64,000 nucleotides of DNA from an uncultured Gammaproteobacteria bacterium (GTDB taxonomy: Bacteria > Patescibacteriota > Microgenomatia > Levybacterales > UBA12049), in assembly GCA_964610465.1 (NCBI GenBank), contig CAZSWA010000001.1, positions 79,023-143,022 on the forward strand, given 5' to 3'. The stretch's first letter is position 1; the number at the start of each line of letters is the position of its first letter. The notes under the pieces are model-generated. The model saw only the letters and a list, made by a program, of their open reading frames with translations, did not search any database and was not told the origin of the DNA. Of this stretch, positions 39,438-49,428 are shown piece after piece. Both the position numbers and the translations under genes were made by a program.

Positions 39438-40055
39438 ATGGCTCGAGCAAGAAGAAATACAAGCTACATAAAGTTATTTTCCTTAGTAACAGTAGTTGCT
39501 CTTGGTATTGCTACCCTTCTGGTGGCAGGTATTGTCAAAAGACAACAAGATATTCAATCCAATGCAGCATCATTTATTCATACGACAAGTCTTTTTGCTG
39601 CTCCTACAACTGTGCAGCCTGGTGGGAGTGCAACAGCAATTTGGTATGTGCTTTTTCCATCGGCAGATGACTGGGTAGGTTTATATCATACTGGCGCTTC
39701 TGATACAAGCTATATCTCAAGACAGTATCTAGGAAGCTGCACAAGAAGACAAGGAAATGGACCTAATGCAGTAGGGATATGCAGGTTTACTTTCCCTCAG
39801 ACTCAAGGAACATATGAATTTCGTTTATTTAAACAAGGTACCTACACAAAAGTCGCAACATCAAATACAGTAACGGTTCTTGCCAATAATCCAGGTCCTA
39901 GCGTAACACCATTTGTAAGTTGTTTTCCACCACCACCATGTGTATATTCTGAACCACGTTGCTATATACAACAACCAGTTGAAGGATGGTGCGGTATGAA
40001 TATTACTCCGTCAGCAATACCTTCAAATGTTCCCTTAACCCCAAACGCTGAGTAG
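39438..40055 (+). CDS. membrane-anchored secreted Cys-containing hypothetical protein
   Basis: A transmembrane anchor LFSLVTVVALGIATLLVAGIV precedes an extracytoplasmic domain with 6 Cys. The start is assigned to the internal Met. Confidence 0.4.
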   Translation: MARARRNTSYIKLFSLVTVVALGIATLLVAGIVKRQQDIQSNAASFIHTTSLFAAPTTVQPGGSATAIWYVLFPSADDWVGLYHTGASDTSYISRQYLGSCTRRQGNGPNAVGICRFTFPQTQGTYEFRLFKQGTYTKVATSNTVTVLANNPGPSVTPFVSCFPPPPCVYSEPRCYIQQPVEGWCGMNITPSAIPSNVPLTPNAE

Positions 40056-40252
40056 TATCTTTAGATATTGGAAAATCAATCTATTTTTACTATTACCTCT
40101 TGACAAGTTACAATTTTCATTGTAATTTTAATCTAAATTAACAATTTATCAAATACTATCTTTCGATATCCTTTATATATTCGTCTAAATGCAAAAAAAT
40201 AACAAAACCGTAATTACTCTTTTAGATTACTTGATGGAAGGAGGTGATATAT

Positions 40253-40525
40253 TTGACCAAAAAAGACCTCATTGAAGTAGTAGCCAAGAAAGCCAATATT
40301 ACCAATAAAGCTGCTCGTGATGCAGTACATACTATGCTTTCAACTATTAGAGATTCTCTGAAAAGAGGAGAAAAAGTAGTTCTCACAGGGTTTGGAACCT
40401 TTAGTACGAGAAGTAGAGCACAAAGAGTAGGAAGAAATCCAAAGACTGGTGAAAGAATTACTCTTGCAGCAAGAAAAGCTCCAGGGTTTACTCCCGGGAA
40501 ATCTCTTAAAAAAGCTGTAAGATAA
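40253..40525 (+). CDS. hup: DNA-binding protein HU
   Basis: TKKDLIEVVAKKANITNKAARDAVHTMLSTI...GFGTFSTRSRAQRVGRNPKTGERI is the HU/IHF fold. The start is probably TTG at 40253, 8 nt after GGAGGT; the ORF track uses GTG at 40244. Confidence 0.85.
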   Translation: MTKKDLIEVVAKKANITNKAARDAVHTMLSTIRDSLKRGEKVVLTGFGTFSTRSRAQRVGRNPKTGERITLAARKAPGFTPGKSLKKAVR

Positions 40526-40551
40526 TTTTATCTTTACACAGAGACGTAAAA

Positions 40552-40585
40552 AGAAGTTTCCTTTTCCTAGGAAGCTTCTTTTTTA
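40552..40585. terminator. bidirectional intrinsic terminator between hup and rnpB
   Basis: The hairpin GAAGTTTCC-ttttcctag-GAAGCTTC is followed by T6 on the plus strand. On the minus strand it is preceded by the rnpB 3' end and a U7 run. Confidence 0.5.
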
Positions 40586-40594
40586 CCACAAAAA

Positions 40595-41028
40595 AAGTCC
40601 CAGGAAGATAATAAGCCAGATTCTGTTTTATCTTTCGAAGTTGCTCAAGATAATCCTGAGTTTATCGAAGGATTAACCGCAATCTATCTAGAAATGACAT
40701 TTACTATCATTTCTTTCTGCTATTCGCAGAATGCCCTTCTTCGGTATTCCTATAATGCAAGTGTAGATTCTGTATAGACAAAATCCGCATACCTTTCGAA
40801 GGTTGCAGCAGGTAGGATTGCCCGTTTCACTCCCACTCGTCTCTGTTGCTCTCAAATTCTGTCTCTTCAGAATTTGTTCTTAATTCTATATGTGGGTGAA
40901 GAATTAAGACACTAGCATTCTCATGTTGGAGTTTACACTCCATCCCCGGCATTATACCTGTCTGGACTTTCCTCTCCATCTCGCTTTAGGCTACTATGGA
41001 GTAGCAGTTTTTCTTCCCAGGACCCAAG
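40595..41028 (-). ncRNA. rnpB: RNase P RNA, bacterial type A-like
   Basis: The minus-strand transcript carries, in order, P1 GUCCUGGGAAGA, the P4 5' strand GAGGAAAGUCC, a GUGAAACGGG element (cf. GGUGAAAGGGUG), UCUAGAUAGAUUGCGG (cf. CUAGAUGAAUGACUG) and the P4 3' strand ACAGAAUCUGGCUUAU (cf. ACAGAACCCGGCUUA). It ends with P1 3' UCUUCCUGGGAC, which pairs with the 5' end over 12 bp. A TATAAT -10 box lies at 41037..41032 (minus), 7 nt before the 5' end. Confidence 0.8.
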
Positions 41029-41056
41029 TGTATTATAGGATAATATAAAAACAAAA

Positions 41057-44008
41057 TCAACTTAGGAGAATAGTATCAGCAGCATAGGTTTGACAAATCA
41101 TTTTATACTCACATGTCTTACAAAGGGCTATGCCTCCACATGAATAGCCACTTTTTCCAATTTCTTCTACCTTCTTGAGGATAAGTTCCTTTGCCGTATC
41201 TAGTTGCTCTCTGGTCCGAGTGGTAGTAAGTTTTATGCGCTTCTCAAGATAATGAAGAGAAAGTACTATTTCTTCGGGTTTTCTATTAAAAAGCGCATCA
41301 TTTACTTGTGTTGCTGCAAGTGCGTAAATGGTCAGCTGTAGATCGCTTAAAAGTTTTTTTTCATCAAGAACAGTATCCCCTGTCTTATAATCGATTATTT
41401 CAATCCTGCCGTCATTCATTTTATCTATTCTATCAATCCTTCCAAGCATTTTTATATTGTTGATAGTAAACTGAAATGGTGTTTCAAGTGCCAATGGTTG
41501 GTTAGTCGTATTTGAGTTATTTTGGATGTAGTCAATCAATAATTTTTTTGCATGGGTAAATGCTGTCTCCTCATGCGCTTTACTTTGGTACCCTTCATTG
41601 ATCCAATTTTTTTTCAGAATCATTTCTATATTACTAATATTTACCTTTTCACCCTTTATGACTAATTGATAGTATTCTTTCAATGTAGCATGAATACTTA
41701 TTCCAAAGGTTTGGGCTGCAATAGGTGTAGGCGGAATCTTTAAGATATATTTTAACTTGTAATGCAAAGGACAAATCTCAAATGTTTGTATTTGTGAATA
41801 AGACATATATGTTATTGCAGAAAGTGACGTATAAGAAATTTCAGGGACAATAATTTCTTTTTTATTATCATCTACAATATCCAGAAGAGAAAGTTGATGC
41901 ACAAACTGAGACGTTTTATAGGTATCAAGTACTTTTTTGACTTGCTCTTCACCTAATGTTTCATATACAAATGGTGAGACTTTTCGTTCTCGTTTTCCTT
42001 CACCGTAATAATATGCAGCCGTCAAAAATAGCATATCTCTGGCACGCGTCATACCCACATAAAACAATCTTCGTTCTTCTTCCAAATTATAATCATCTTC
42101 AGGTAATTCTTCTTTTATCAAGCCTTCAGGAACAGGTATTTGTTCTTTGCGTTCTCTTGTAGGAAATCTTTGTGCGACAAGGTTGACAAGAAAAACTACT
42201 GGAAATTCAAGTCCTTTGCTCGAATGAATGGTTAAAATATTCACAGCATTATTTTCATACCAATCCATGTCAGAGGCCATTGGACTTTCTCCAAGTTCCA
42301 TTGATAAATCTATCCAGTCAACTACTGCAAATACTGATGCATCAGCTCTCTCAGCTTCAAATTTCTTAAGACGTTCAAAAAATTTGGCAATATTTTGTGC
42401 TCGTTTTTCTTCAATTGCATTGATTGAAGATAAATATTGTTTTAGTAATCCTGAATCCTCAAAGAAGTAGTAAAGGATTTGTCCTGCAGAATCTCGAGGT
42501 ACGCGTTTTAGATGCCTATTAATCATTTCATATATTTCTTTTAATTTTTGTTTTGTATCTTCTGGCAGAAATATCTCATCGATATGCTCAAGCGCTTGAA
42601 ATAAGGTATAGTTTTTCTTTTTGGCAAAATTAAGGAATGCTGCAATGTCCCGAGCCTCCAACGCAAAAAGTGGCATAGTGAGTATGCGATAAAGTGAAGC
42701 GTTGTCCTCAAAATTTGCGAGCAATTTAAGATAGGCAATTAAGTCTTTTATCTCTTCTTGATGGAAGAGGTGCCCTGGTCCTAAAAATTGATAGGGAATT
42801 TGATTGTGTTCAAAAGCTCTTGTAAAAGCTTGTGAATGATCATTTGCACGGACAAGAATTGCAATATCTTTATATTGGAATTCTTTCTTTTTCACAAGCT
42901 CTATAATTTTTTTTGCAACTAAATCTGCTTCATTGTCAGCTCTTGTTGCAAACAGAAAATCAGTTGGTTCACCTTTTATCTTACGCATAGATTGTAATTT
43001 CTTATCAACACCTTCTTTTACCTCTAATCTATCAGGATTGTTATGCTGAATAAGTTGATAGGAGCGTTCAAGAATCTCTTTAGTCGAACGGTAATTTTTC
43101 GTCAGTGTAATTGTCTTTGCTTTTGGGAAATGATTTTTAAATTGAATTATGTTAGCTATTGCTGCACCTCGCCAACGGTAAATCGCCTGGTCATCATCAC
43201 CGACAACATTAATATTCTGTTTTTTTCCAGAAAGGAGAATTGCGAGTTCGTTTTGTGCAAAGTTAGTATCCTGAAATTCATCAACAAGGATATACTTGAA
43301 TTTTTTCTGATAATAAGAAAGGACATTTTTTCTCGTTCTAAAAAGTTTCAATACATTCGATATCAAATCACCAAAATCCATCATGCTTTCTTTGGCTTTT
43401 AGCTCTTCATATATTTTAAATGCATTCGCAAGTTCAAACGTTTTTTTAATTTCATCAGAGTTCGATATCTTGTCATTTTTTACTTTCTCTGCATAGGTAA
43501 GATATTCATCAGGAGTAATATCATCATCTTTAAGACGATTGAAGTGTACTAAAAGACCTTGCAAAAATTTATAAGGATTTCCAAGAGGTCTGAAGTATTC
43601 AAGATGTAGTTTAAAAAGATTTTTTCTCAAAAATAAAATAGATTCGGCTTCAGTTGCCATTGTGTATGATGGATTAAGTCCAATATGTATCGCTTCATCA
43701 CGTAAAACCCGGTCACAGAATGCATGAAACGTTGCAATCCACATCTGAGTATATCCATATGGTAATGCGATGTCGACTCTCTCTTCCATTTCTCTTGCTG
43801 CTTTTTCAGTGAAGGTAAGTGCAAGTATCTCAGAAGGCAGTATTTTTTTTTCAAGTAACAGGTATTTTATCCTTTGGGTAATAACAGTAGTTTTTCCAGT
43901 TCCGGCACCTGCGATAATAAGAAGCGGTCCTTCTCCAAAGGTAACAGCTTCTTCTTGTTCTGGATTTAGGTATACAGTTTGTGCCATAAGTATTTTATTG
44001 TAGCACAA
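41057..44008 (-). CDS. UvrD/PcrA-like SF1 helicase fused to a C-terminal RecB-family (PD-(D/E)xK) nuclease with Cys cluster (AddA/AddB-like single-chain helicase-nuclease)
   Basis: The N-terminus has Walker A AGAGTGKTT and UvrD motifs (VDEFQDTNFAQ, TIHSSKGLEFPVVF, VGMTRARD). The C-terminus has the RecB nuclease core GRIDRIDKMNDGRIEIIDYKTG and the terminal cysteines CGGIALCKTCEYKMIC. Confidence 0.8.
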   Translation of the reverse strand: MCYNKILMAQTVYLNPEQEEAVTFGEGPLLIIAGAGTGKTTVITQRIKYLLLEKKILPSEILALTFTEKAAREMEERVDIALPYGYTQMWIATFHAFCDRVLRDEAIHIGLNPSYTMATEAESILFLRKNLFKLHLEYFRPLGNPYKFLQGLLVHFNRLKDDDITPDEYLTYAEKVKNDKISNSDEIKKTFELANAFKIYEELKAKESMMDFGDLISNVLKLFRTRKNVLSYYQKKFKYILVDEFQDTNFAQNELAILLSGKKQNINVVGDDDQAIYRWRGAAIANIIQFKNHFPKAKTITLTKNYRSTKEILERSYQLIQHNNPDRLEVKEGVDKKLQSMRKIKGEPTDFLFATRADNEADLVAKKIIELVKKKEFQYKDIAILVRANDHSQAFTRAFEHNQIPYQFLGPGHLFHQEEIKDLIAYLKLLANFEDNASLYRILTMPLFALEARDIAAFLNFAKKKNYTLFQALEHIDEIFLPEDTKQKLKEIYEMINRHLKRVPRDSAGQILYYFFEDSGLLKQYLSSINAIEEKRAQNIAKFFERLKKFEAERADASVFAVVDWIDLSMELGESPMASDMDWYENNAVNILTIHSSKGLEFPVVFLVNLVAQRFPTRERKEQIPVPEGLIKEELPEDDYNLEEERRLFYVGMTRARDMLFLTAAYYYGEGKRERKVSPFVYETLGEEQVKKVLDTYKTSQFVHQLSLLDIVDDNKKEIIVPEISYTSLSAITYMSYSQIQTFEICPLHYKLKYILKIPPTPIAAQTFGISIHATLKEYYQLVIKGEKVNISNIEMILKKNWINEGYQSKAHEETAFTHAKKLLIDYIQNNSNTTNQPLALETPFQFTINNIKMLGRIDRIDKMNDGRIEIIDYKTGDTVLDEKKLLSDLQLTIYALAATQVNDALFNRKPEEIVLSLHYLEKRIKLTTTRTREQLDTAKELILKKVEEIGKSGYSCGGIALCKTCEYKMICQTYAADTILLS

Positions 44009-44085
44009 AATAATAAAAACAGGATAATTTTTTTAGCACTTTTCTTGCATTTACTTTTCTACTTCCTATACAATAGGAGACGTAA

Positions 44086-44805
44086 ATGAACGCAAAGGCA
44101 TTTCTATTACCATTTTTGAGAAAAGAGCAGATAGCTAACAATATCTTTTCGTTTTATTTTAAACGTCTGGAAGATACACCTGATTTTCTTCCGGGACAAT
44201 ATATTCGGCTTACTCTTCCTCATACAAATTCTGATGAGAGAGGAACAAGCAGATATTTTACCATTGCATCATCGCCATTACAAAAAGAAATTATAATAAC
44301 AACAAGAATTGAACGAAGCAGCTTTAAAAAAACACTTCTCAATCTTACAAAAGGTACAACTGTAAAATTTTTTGGACCAATGGGAAATTTTCTATTGCCA
44401 GAAAATAATTTAATTCCTTGTGTTTTTATTGCAGGTGGTATTAGTATTACTCCATATCATAGTATGATTAATTATGCACATGAAAAAAATTTTTCTCTTC
44501 CAATTACCCTTTTTGTCACATTTTCAACAATTAATGAAGTAATATATTATAAAGAACTTACATTAATTGCTCAAAAAAATCCTCATATAAAAATTATCTA
44601 TTCAGTAAGTAAAGCGAATAGTTTATGGACTGGAGAACAGGGACGTATATCAGAGGAACTTATTAAAAAATATGTCCAGGATGTTTCAAAACCTATATTC
44701 TATCTCGTTGGATCATCAAAAATGATAGAAACTATAAAGGAAATTCTGATAAGAATGAATATTCATGACGAGAGAATAAAGATAGAAGAATTTACAGGAT
44801 ATTAG
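44086..44805 (+). CDS. FNR-like FAD/NAD(P)-binding oxidoreductase domain protein
   Basis: The RxYS FAD-binding motif (SRYFTIASSP) is present, along with the G-rich NAD(P) motif FIAGGISITP and GPMGNF. Confidence 0.6.
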   Translation: MNAKAFLLPFLRKEQIANNIFSFYFKRLEDTPDFLPGQYIRLTLPHTNSDERGTSRYFTIASSPLQKEIIITTRIERSSFKKTLLNLTKGTTVKFFGPMGNFLLPENNLIPCVFIAGGISITPYHSMINYAHEKNFSLPITLFVTFSTINEVIYYKELTLIAQKNPHIKIIYSVSKANSLWTGEQGRISEELIKKYVQDVSKPIFYLVGSSKMIETIKEILIRMNIHDERIKIEEFTGY

Positions 44806-45829
44806 TATTTACTAACTCTTCTTTTTTTTCATTAGTTATTTGTTGCACAGATGATAGTTTTTGTCCGAGACCTAAAAAAGCTTTATTCACATTAGTAAAT
44901 TGGTTTGAAGCGTTGGTTAAATGTTTGCCAAGTACATCTAATGATTCGTTTACTTTTCCATAATCAATTTGGATGGCTCTTAACAATTTAAATATTTCTT
45001 TAGATTGAGATTCTATTTTTTTACCTTCGAAAGAAAGCAGAATAGTTTGAAGATGGATATAGAGCGTGCTTGGAGATACGATATACACTCGATTTATTCT
45101 TGCATATTCAACAAGTTCCTCAAGATTTATAATTTCATAAAACACAGACTCACTTGGTACGTACATTAAGGCAAAATCCAAAGTATTTTCATCAGGCAAT
45201 ATATATTTTTTCGCAATTGCATCAATGTGTTTTTTGACATCCCGTATAAATTCTTTTTGCAAGGTAAATTTCTCTTGTTCATTTGCTGACTTTATCATTC
45301 TTTGAAAATTTTCCATAGGGAATTTTGAATCAATAGGAAGAATACCGGCATCAGTTTTGATTGCTGCGTCAACTTTATCTCCAGATTTAAATTGATATTG
45401 TAAATGAAAACTATTTTTGGGAAATGTCTGTGCTATTAAATCTTTTAGTACTTGCTCTCCGATATTGCCTCTCATTTTGGGACTTTTAAGAAACTCCTGC
45501 AGTTCCTTCATACTGCGTCCAATTTCACTCATTTGTCCAACTTCTTTTCCAACATCACGTATTACATCTGCTGCTTTATCAAGTCTTTCATTAAGTTGGC
45601 GTGAATTTTCCTGAAGAGTACGTACCATATCAGTTGAATTTGAACGAAGTGCTGTTTGCATATTCCTATTAGTCATTTCTAGAGATGATTGCATTGTCTT
45701 TAACCATTCAAGAAGGACTTGATTGTCGTCCTGTCTTTTGAGCTCTGCAATTCTCCGATTGAGAAAGAAAATAATAAGACCAAACCCTAAGAATAAAAAG
45801 AAAAGGATAAGAAGGAAATCAAATTGCAT
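44792..45829 (-). CDS. rmuC: DNA recombination protein RmuC
   Basis: An N-terminal transmembrane segment and long coiled coil precede a C-terminal RmuC nuclease-like domain (YILPDENTLDFALMYVPSESVFYEII). Confidence 0.75.
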   Translation of the reverse strand: MQFDFLLILFFLFLGFGLIIFFLNRRIAELKRQDDNQVLLEWLKTMQSSLEMTNRNMQTALRSNSTDMVRTLQENSRQLNERLDKAADVIRDVGKEVGQMSEIGRSMKELQEFLKSPKMRGNIGEQVLKDLIAQTFPKNSFHLQYQFKSGDKVDAAIKTDAGILPIDSKFPMENFQRMIKSANEQEKFTLQKEFIRDVKKHIDAIAKKYILPDENTLDFALMYVPSESVFYEIINLEELVEYARINRVYIVSPSTLYIHLQTILLSFEGKKIESQSKEIFKLLRAIQIDYGKVNESLDVLGKHLTNASNQFTNVNKAFLGLGQKLSSVQQITNEKKEELVNTNIL

Positions 45830-45871
45830 AACACTATTGTAGCACCATAGAAAAAGATTGGGAAATGTAAG

Positions 45872-46969
45872 CTAGAAATATAATTCAGGATCAGTTGTTA
45901 CTTCAGCCCAATCTACAGGATGAAAATTAAAATATGCAGCGCTTGCTACCATTGCAGCATTATCAGTACATAATTTTTTTGACGGTACAAAAAACCGGAA
46001 ATTCTGTTTTTTAGATTCTTGAGAAAATGTATCACGAAGTAATTGATTAGCTGCGACACCTCCTGAGAGAAGTATTGATTTCACCTGGTATTTTTGAGCT
46101 GCATGAATTGTTTTTTTCACTAAAACTTCAATAATTGCATTTTGTAATGATGCACAAAGATTGGCAATTGTTTTTTTTCCAGAATTTGAAAGCGAATCCG
46201 TTAAAGCCGCTTGCTGCCAACCAATTTTTTCAGAAGAAGTATTTTTACGAAGTATTGGAAAAAGTTCTTGCGTAGTATTTAAAAATGCCGTCTTCAAGCC
46301 TGAAAAAGAGAATTCATAACCATGAATGCTTATCATAGGCCGGGGAAACGGGAAAGAATTAAGATCACCTGATTGCGCAAGTTCTGCAATCTTTGGGCCA
46401 CCAGGATAATTATATCCAAGCAACCTTGCACATTTATCAAAACATTCCCCTGCCGCATCATCCCGCGTGCCTCCCAATAATTGTAACAGCCCATGTTTCT
46501 TTAAAAGTAATAAATCTGTATGTCCGCCAGAAACAACGAGAACAACTGCGGGAAGAAGAATATCAGAATTCTCAATCCAGTTTGCATAGATATGTCCAAT
46601 CATATGATTTACAGGAACAATCGGTTTATTCCATACAAGCGAAAGCGTTTTTGCTGTTTCTACTCCAACAAGAAGTGAACCGATAAGCCCTGGTCCATAG
46701 GTTACCGCAATTGCATCTAGAGAAGAAAGAATTTTATCTTTTTCTTTGAATTTGCAATTGAGACCTTTTTCTACTGCTTCTTCCAGGACAGGAATCATAT
46801 ATGCAACTTGTTCTCGAGCTGCTATTTCTGGAATTATCCCTCCTGTTTTTGCATGAAGATTAAGAGAAGTTGCAATGGTATTGGAAAGTAAGTGTATTTT
46901 ATTATCTTCTTCTTGAATTACAGCAGCAGAAGTTTCATCACAGGAAGTTTCAATGCCGAGGATTGTCAT
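45872..46969 (-). CDS. tsaD: tRNA N6-adenosine threonylcarbamoyltransferase TsaD (Kae1/Gcp family)
   Basis: MTILGIETSCDETSAAV N-terminus, and a metal-binding HMIGH motif. Confidence 0.9.
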   Translation of the reverse strand: MTILGIETSCDETSAAVIQEEDNKIHLLSNTIATSLNLHAKTGGIIPEIAAREQVAYMIPVLEEAVEKGLNCKFKEKDKILSSLDAIAVTYGPGLIGSLLVGVETAKTLSLVWNKPIVPVNHMIGHIYANWIENSDILLPAVVLVVSGGHTDLLLLKKHGLLQLLGGTRDDAAGECFDKCARLLGYNYPGGPKIAELAQSGDLNSFPFPRPMISIHGYEFSFSGLKTAFLNTTQELFPILRKNTSSEKIGWQQAALTDSLSNSGKKTIANLCASLQNAIIEVLVKKTIHAAQKYQVKSILLSGGVAANQLLRDTFSQESKKQNFRFFVPSKKLCTDNAAMVASAAYFNFHPVDWAEVTTDPELYF

Positions 46970-47454
46970 AGATTAATTTTGATACCATCACCTTTTTTGA
47001 TATCATACTTTTTCACGAGTCCTGCATTTATTTCAAGAACTTTATCTACTGGTTCAGATGGTTGATAGCAGGAAATATCTTCACAAGTCGGATTTTGTAT
47101 ATTGAATGGTGCAGGTGGCAAATTTTCATATATCGTTACTATTTTATTGCCGTTAATAAAAAGTATATCAAGCGGGAATTTCATACCACGCATCCAAAAC
47201 GCATACATACCTGGTTTATTAAAAATGAATAACATCCCTTGATTTTGAGGTAGAAAAGGTTTATCTGATAACCCTTTCATAAGTTCCTGTGGTGTATGAG
47301 CAACTTCTACTTTAAAAGTTTGTTGGTTAATTGTCACAGATGAAGAAGGCGTCTTTTGCCCACTATTTTTTATTAGCTTTGAATTAAATTGAAAAAAAAC
47401 AAAACCTGTAAAGAGAACCAGTAATATGCCAAAGAGTAAAATAAACTTATTCAT
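46966..47454 (-). CDS. DUF192 (COG1430) family protein, signal-anchored
   Basis: EVAHTPQELMKGLSDKPFLPQNQGMLFIFNKPGMYAFWMRGMKFPLDILFI matches the DUF192 consensus. Confidence 0.7.
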   Translation of the reverse strand: MNKFILLFGILLVLFTGFVFFQFNSKLIKNSGQKTPSSSVTINQQTFKVEVAHTPQELMKGLSDKPFLPQNQGMLFIFNKPGMYAFWMRGMKFPLDILFINGNKIVTIYENLPPAPFNIQNPTCEDISCYQPSEPVDKVLEINAGLVKKYDIKKGDGIKINL

Positions 47455-47456
47455 AT

Positions 47457-47942
47457 CTATAATTCTTTTAATAAAGAAGATGCAAGCTTACTTGTTGAAT
47501 GATTCATAATTTGTAATGTTACATCAAGAAGTTTTGCTCCTGTTAGTTCTGCTTGTCGTTCTTTGTGCTTTCGAGCAGAATCACCCTTCGTAGTTGCGAT
47601 TATAGCAGGTTTTATTTTAATAATCACATTATCATATTGCGTGTCTTTAAACTGAGGAGGAAGCATAACGATAAAATCTACATCTCTTAAAGCTGAGAGT
47701 ACATACGCTCTATCTTTTTGAGTATTAATTGGTCTTTCAGGCCCTTTCTTATTCCTTACACTTTTATCACTTTCAAGAAGTAAAAATAAGACATCTCCTT
47801 TTTTTCTCGCTTTTTCAATAAATATAATATGTCCTTTGTGGAGAATATCAAAACAACCTCCAATAAGAACTATCGATTTCTTTCCTTCACGAAGATTATT
47901 TGCTATAGACACTGCTTGTTGTAGAGATATTATTTTCCTCAT
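47457..47942 (-). CDS. cytidylyltransferase-like (HIGH-motif) nucleotidyltransferase
   Basis: IGGCFDILHKGHIIFIE is the GxFDxxHxGH motif of the TagD/RfaE-II/RibL-like family. Confidence 0.65.
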   Translation of the reverse strand: MRKIISLQQAVSIANNLREGKKSIVLIGGCFDILHKGHIIFIEKARKKGDVLFLLLESDKSVRNKKGPERPINTQKDRAYVLSALRDVDFIVMLPPQFKDTQYDNVIIKIKPAIIATTKGDSARKHKERQAELTGAKLLDVTLQIMNHSTSKLASSLLKEL

Positions 47943-49385
47943 TTATTGAGTTCCACGTAAATATACTGCTTGCCATGGACGATAATTTGAAACAAATTTA
48001 TCAGAAAGAAAAACTTTACCATCTTTTTTAACGGTTCTCGTAAAATAGACATTTGCTCCCCAGGCTGAGAAATCAACTTGTTTTACAGTACCTTTAGGAA
48101 GTGTTGGATCATCTTGATACAAATCAGGAGGAGGAGGTGTTTGATTAAGAATTACGGGTTGAGTAATAGTAACCTCCCGGTTATCTTTTGTTCCATAAAT
48201 CTCAAAAGTTAAGCGCATATTTTCTTCATCTACATGACTTTGAATTAATAAATAATGTCCAGTATCATTTTTAAATTTTAAATCTACACTTGGCCAATAA
48301 ACTGCAGCATCAATCCCGGGAGCAGAATCCTCTTCATAATATCCTACACGATACGCATGAGGATTTCTTTCAACAATAGGGAGACCTGCATTTAATGCTG
48401 CTCGAAAAAGAGTAGTAGAAACTTGGCATACTCCACCTCCATCTCCTAAAACTGTATGACCATTTTCTATCACATATGCTTGTTTATATCCTGTATATAC
48501 AGAAATATCTCCAATGGTTTTATCAAAAGAAAAAACTTCATTAGGAGCAATCAGAGTCCCATTTAGTTTATTTGCAGCAAGAGAGATATTATATACTCTA
48601 TTTTCAATAGAATGATAAAAAAGGGAAGTACCCACACTTACTAACTCTTTAATACCTAATGTGCTTACATTATCTATATTTATTGTAGGTTTTCTTGAGA
48701 TTATAGGGATTGGTATTATTATCAATTGGGGAGTATCTGTAGAAAAGGAATTTTCCATTTGTGCAAGTATTTCTTTTTTCAAGGTTGAGATATCAACATC
48801 TTGTCCATTTATTGATTTTCGAAGTTCAATAACTTTTCCATCTTGAAAATTAAATAATGCGTCTACTGGTTCTTTATGAATTTTACTCTGTAAGGAACTC
48901 GTTATTTCATCTAATTTACTTTCATCCACTGTATATGAGGGCGAGAGGTCAATACTATTCATGTAGGCATTCAGTATAAGACTAATATTGGATAATGTGT
49001 TTCCTGTCCTCCCAATACTAAAAGCTTGATCTGCAAGAAGTTTTCCATTGTATCCTAGATTAATTTGTTTTCCGGAAATTGTTGCAGTAGCATCAGGTGA
49101 AGATAACAGAAAAACTGTTTTTCCTATTTTTTCATTTTGTTTTTGATAATACTTTTTAATATACTCGCTCGTTTTTCCGCTAAAATCGATTCCATTGATA
49201 GAGACACCAGAATAAACAGTATTTGCATGGAGTTTTTGGTATATAATAAAAAGAAAACTGGTAAAAAAGAAAAATCCAATTATTGCGCCAAGAGAAAACC
49301 AGAAAAATACTTTAGTTGTCAAGAAAAATGTTTTCTTTTTATTATTTGCGATTTTTGATAAATAACTTTTTAACTTCAAAAACAT
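47943..49385 (-). CDS. VanW-like family protein, membrane-anchored
   Basis: An N-terminal transmembrane anchor precedes a central VanW-domain region. GGGVCQVSTTLFRAALNAGLPIVERNPHA matches the VanW GGGVCQ motif. Confidence 0.75.
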   Translation of the reverse strand: MFLKLKSYLSKIANNKKKTFFLTTKVFFWFSLGAIIGFFFFTSFLFIIYQKLHANTVYSGVSINGIDFSGKTSEYIKKYYQKQNEKIGKTVFLLSSPDATATISGKQINLGYNGKLLADQAFSIGRTGNTLSNISLILNAYMNSIDLSPSYTVDESKLDEITSSLQSKIHKEPVDALFNFQDGKVIELRKSINGQDVDISTLKKEILAQMENSFSTDTPQLIIIPIPIISRKPTINIDNVSTLGIKELVSVGTSLFYHSIENRVYNISLAANKLNGTLIAPNEVFSFDKTIGDISVYTGYKQAYVIENGHTVLGDGGGVCQVSTTLFRAALNAGLPIVERNPHAYRVGYYEEDSAPGIDAAVYWPSVDLKFKNDTGHYLLIQSHVDEENMRLTFEIYGTKDNREVTITQPVILNQTPPPPDLYQDDPTLPKGTVKQVDFSAWGANVYFTRTVKKDGKVFLSDKFVSNYRPWQAVYLRGTQ

Positions 49386-49428
49386 TGTACGAGGTGATAT
49401 AAGGTATTATACTATAACTACAGTAATT

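Noticed and set aside
40926-40936. GUAAACUCCA 10-mer in rnpB matching an E. coli M1 RNA segment
   Set aside because: It lies ~95 nt from the 5' end rather than at the P11/P12 region position seen in E. coli. It is probably a coincidental match and was not used as evidence for the rnpB call.
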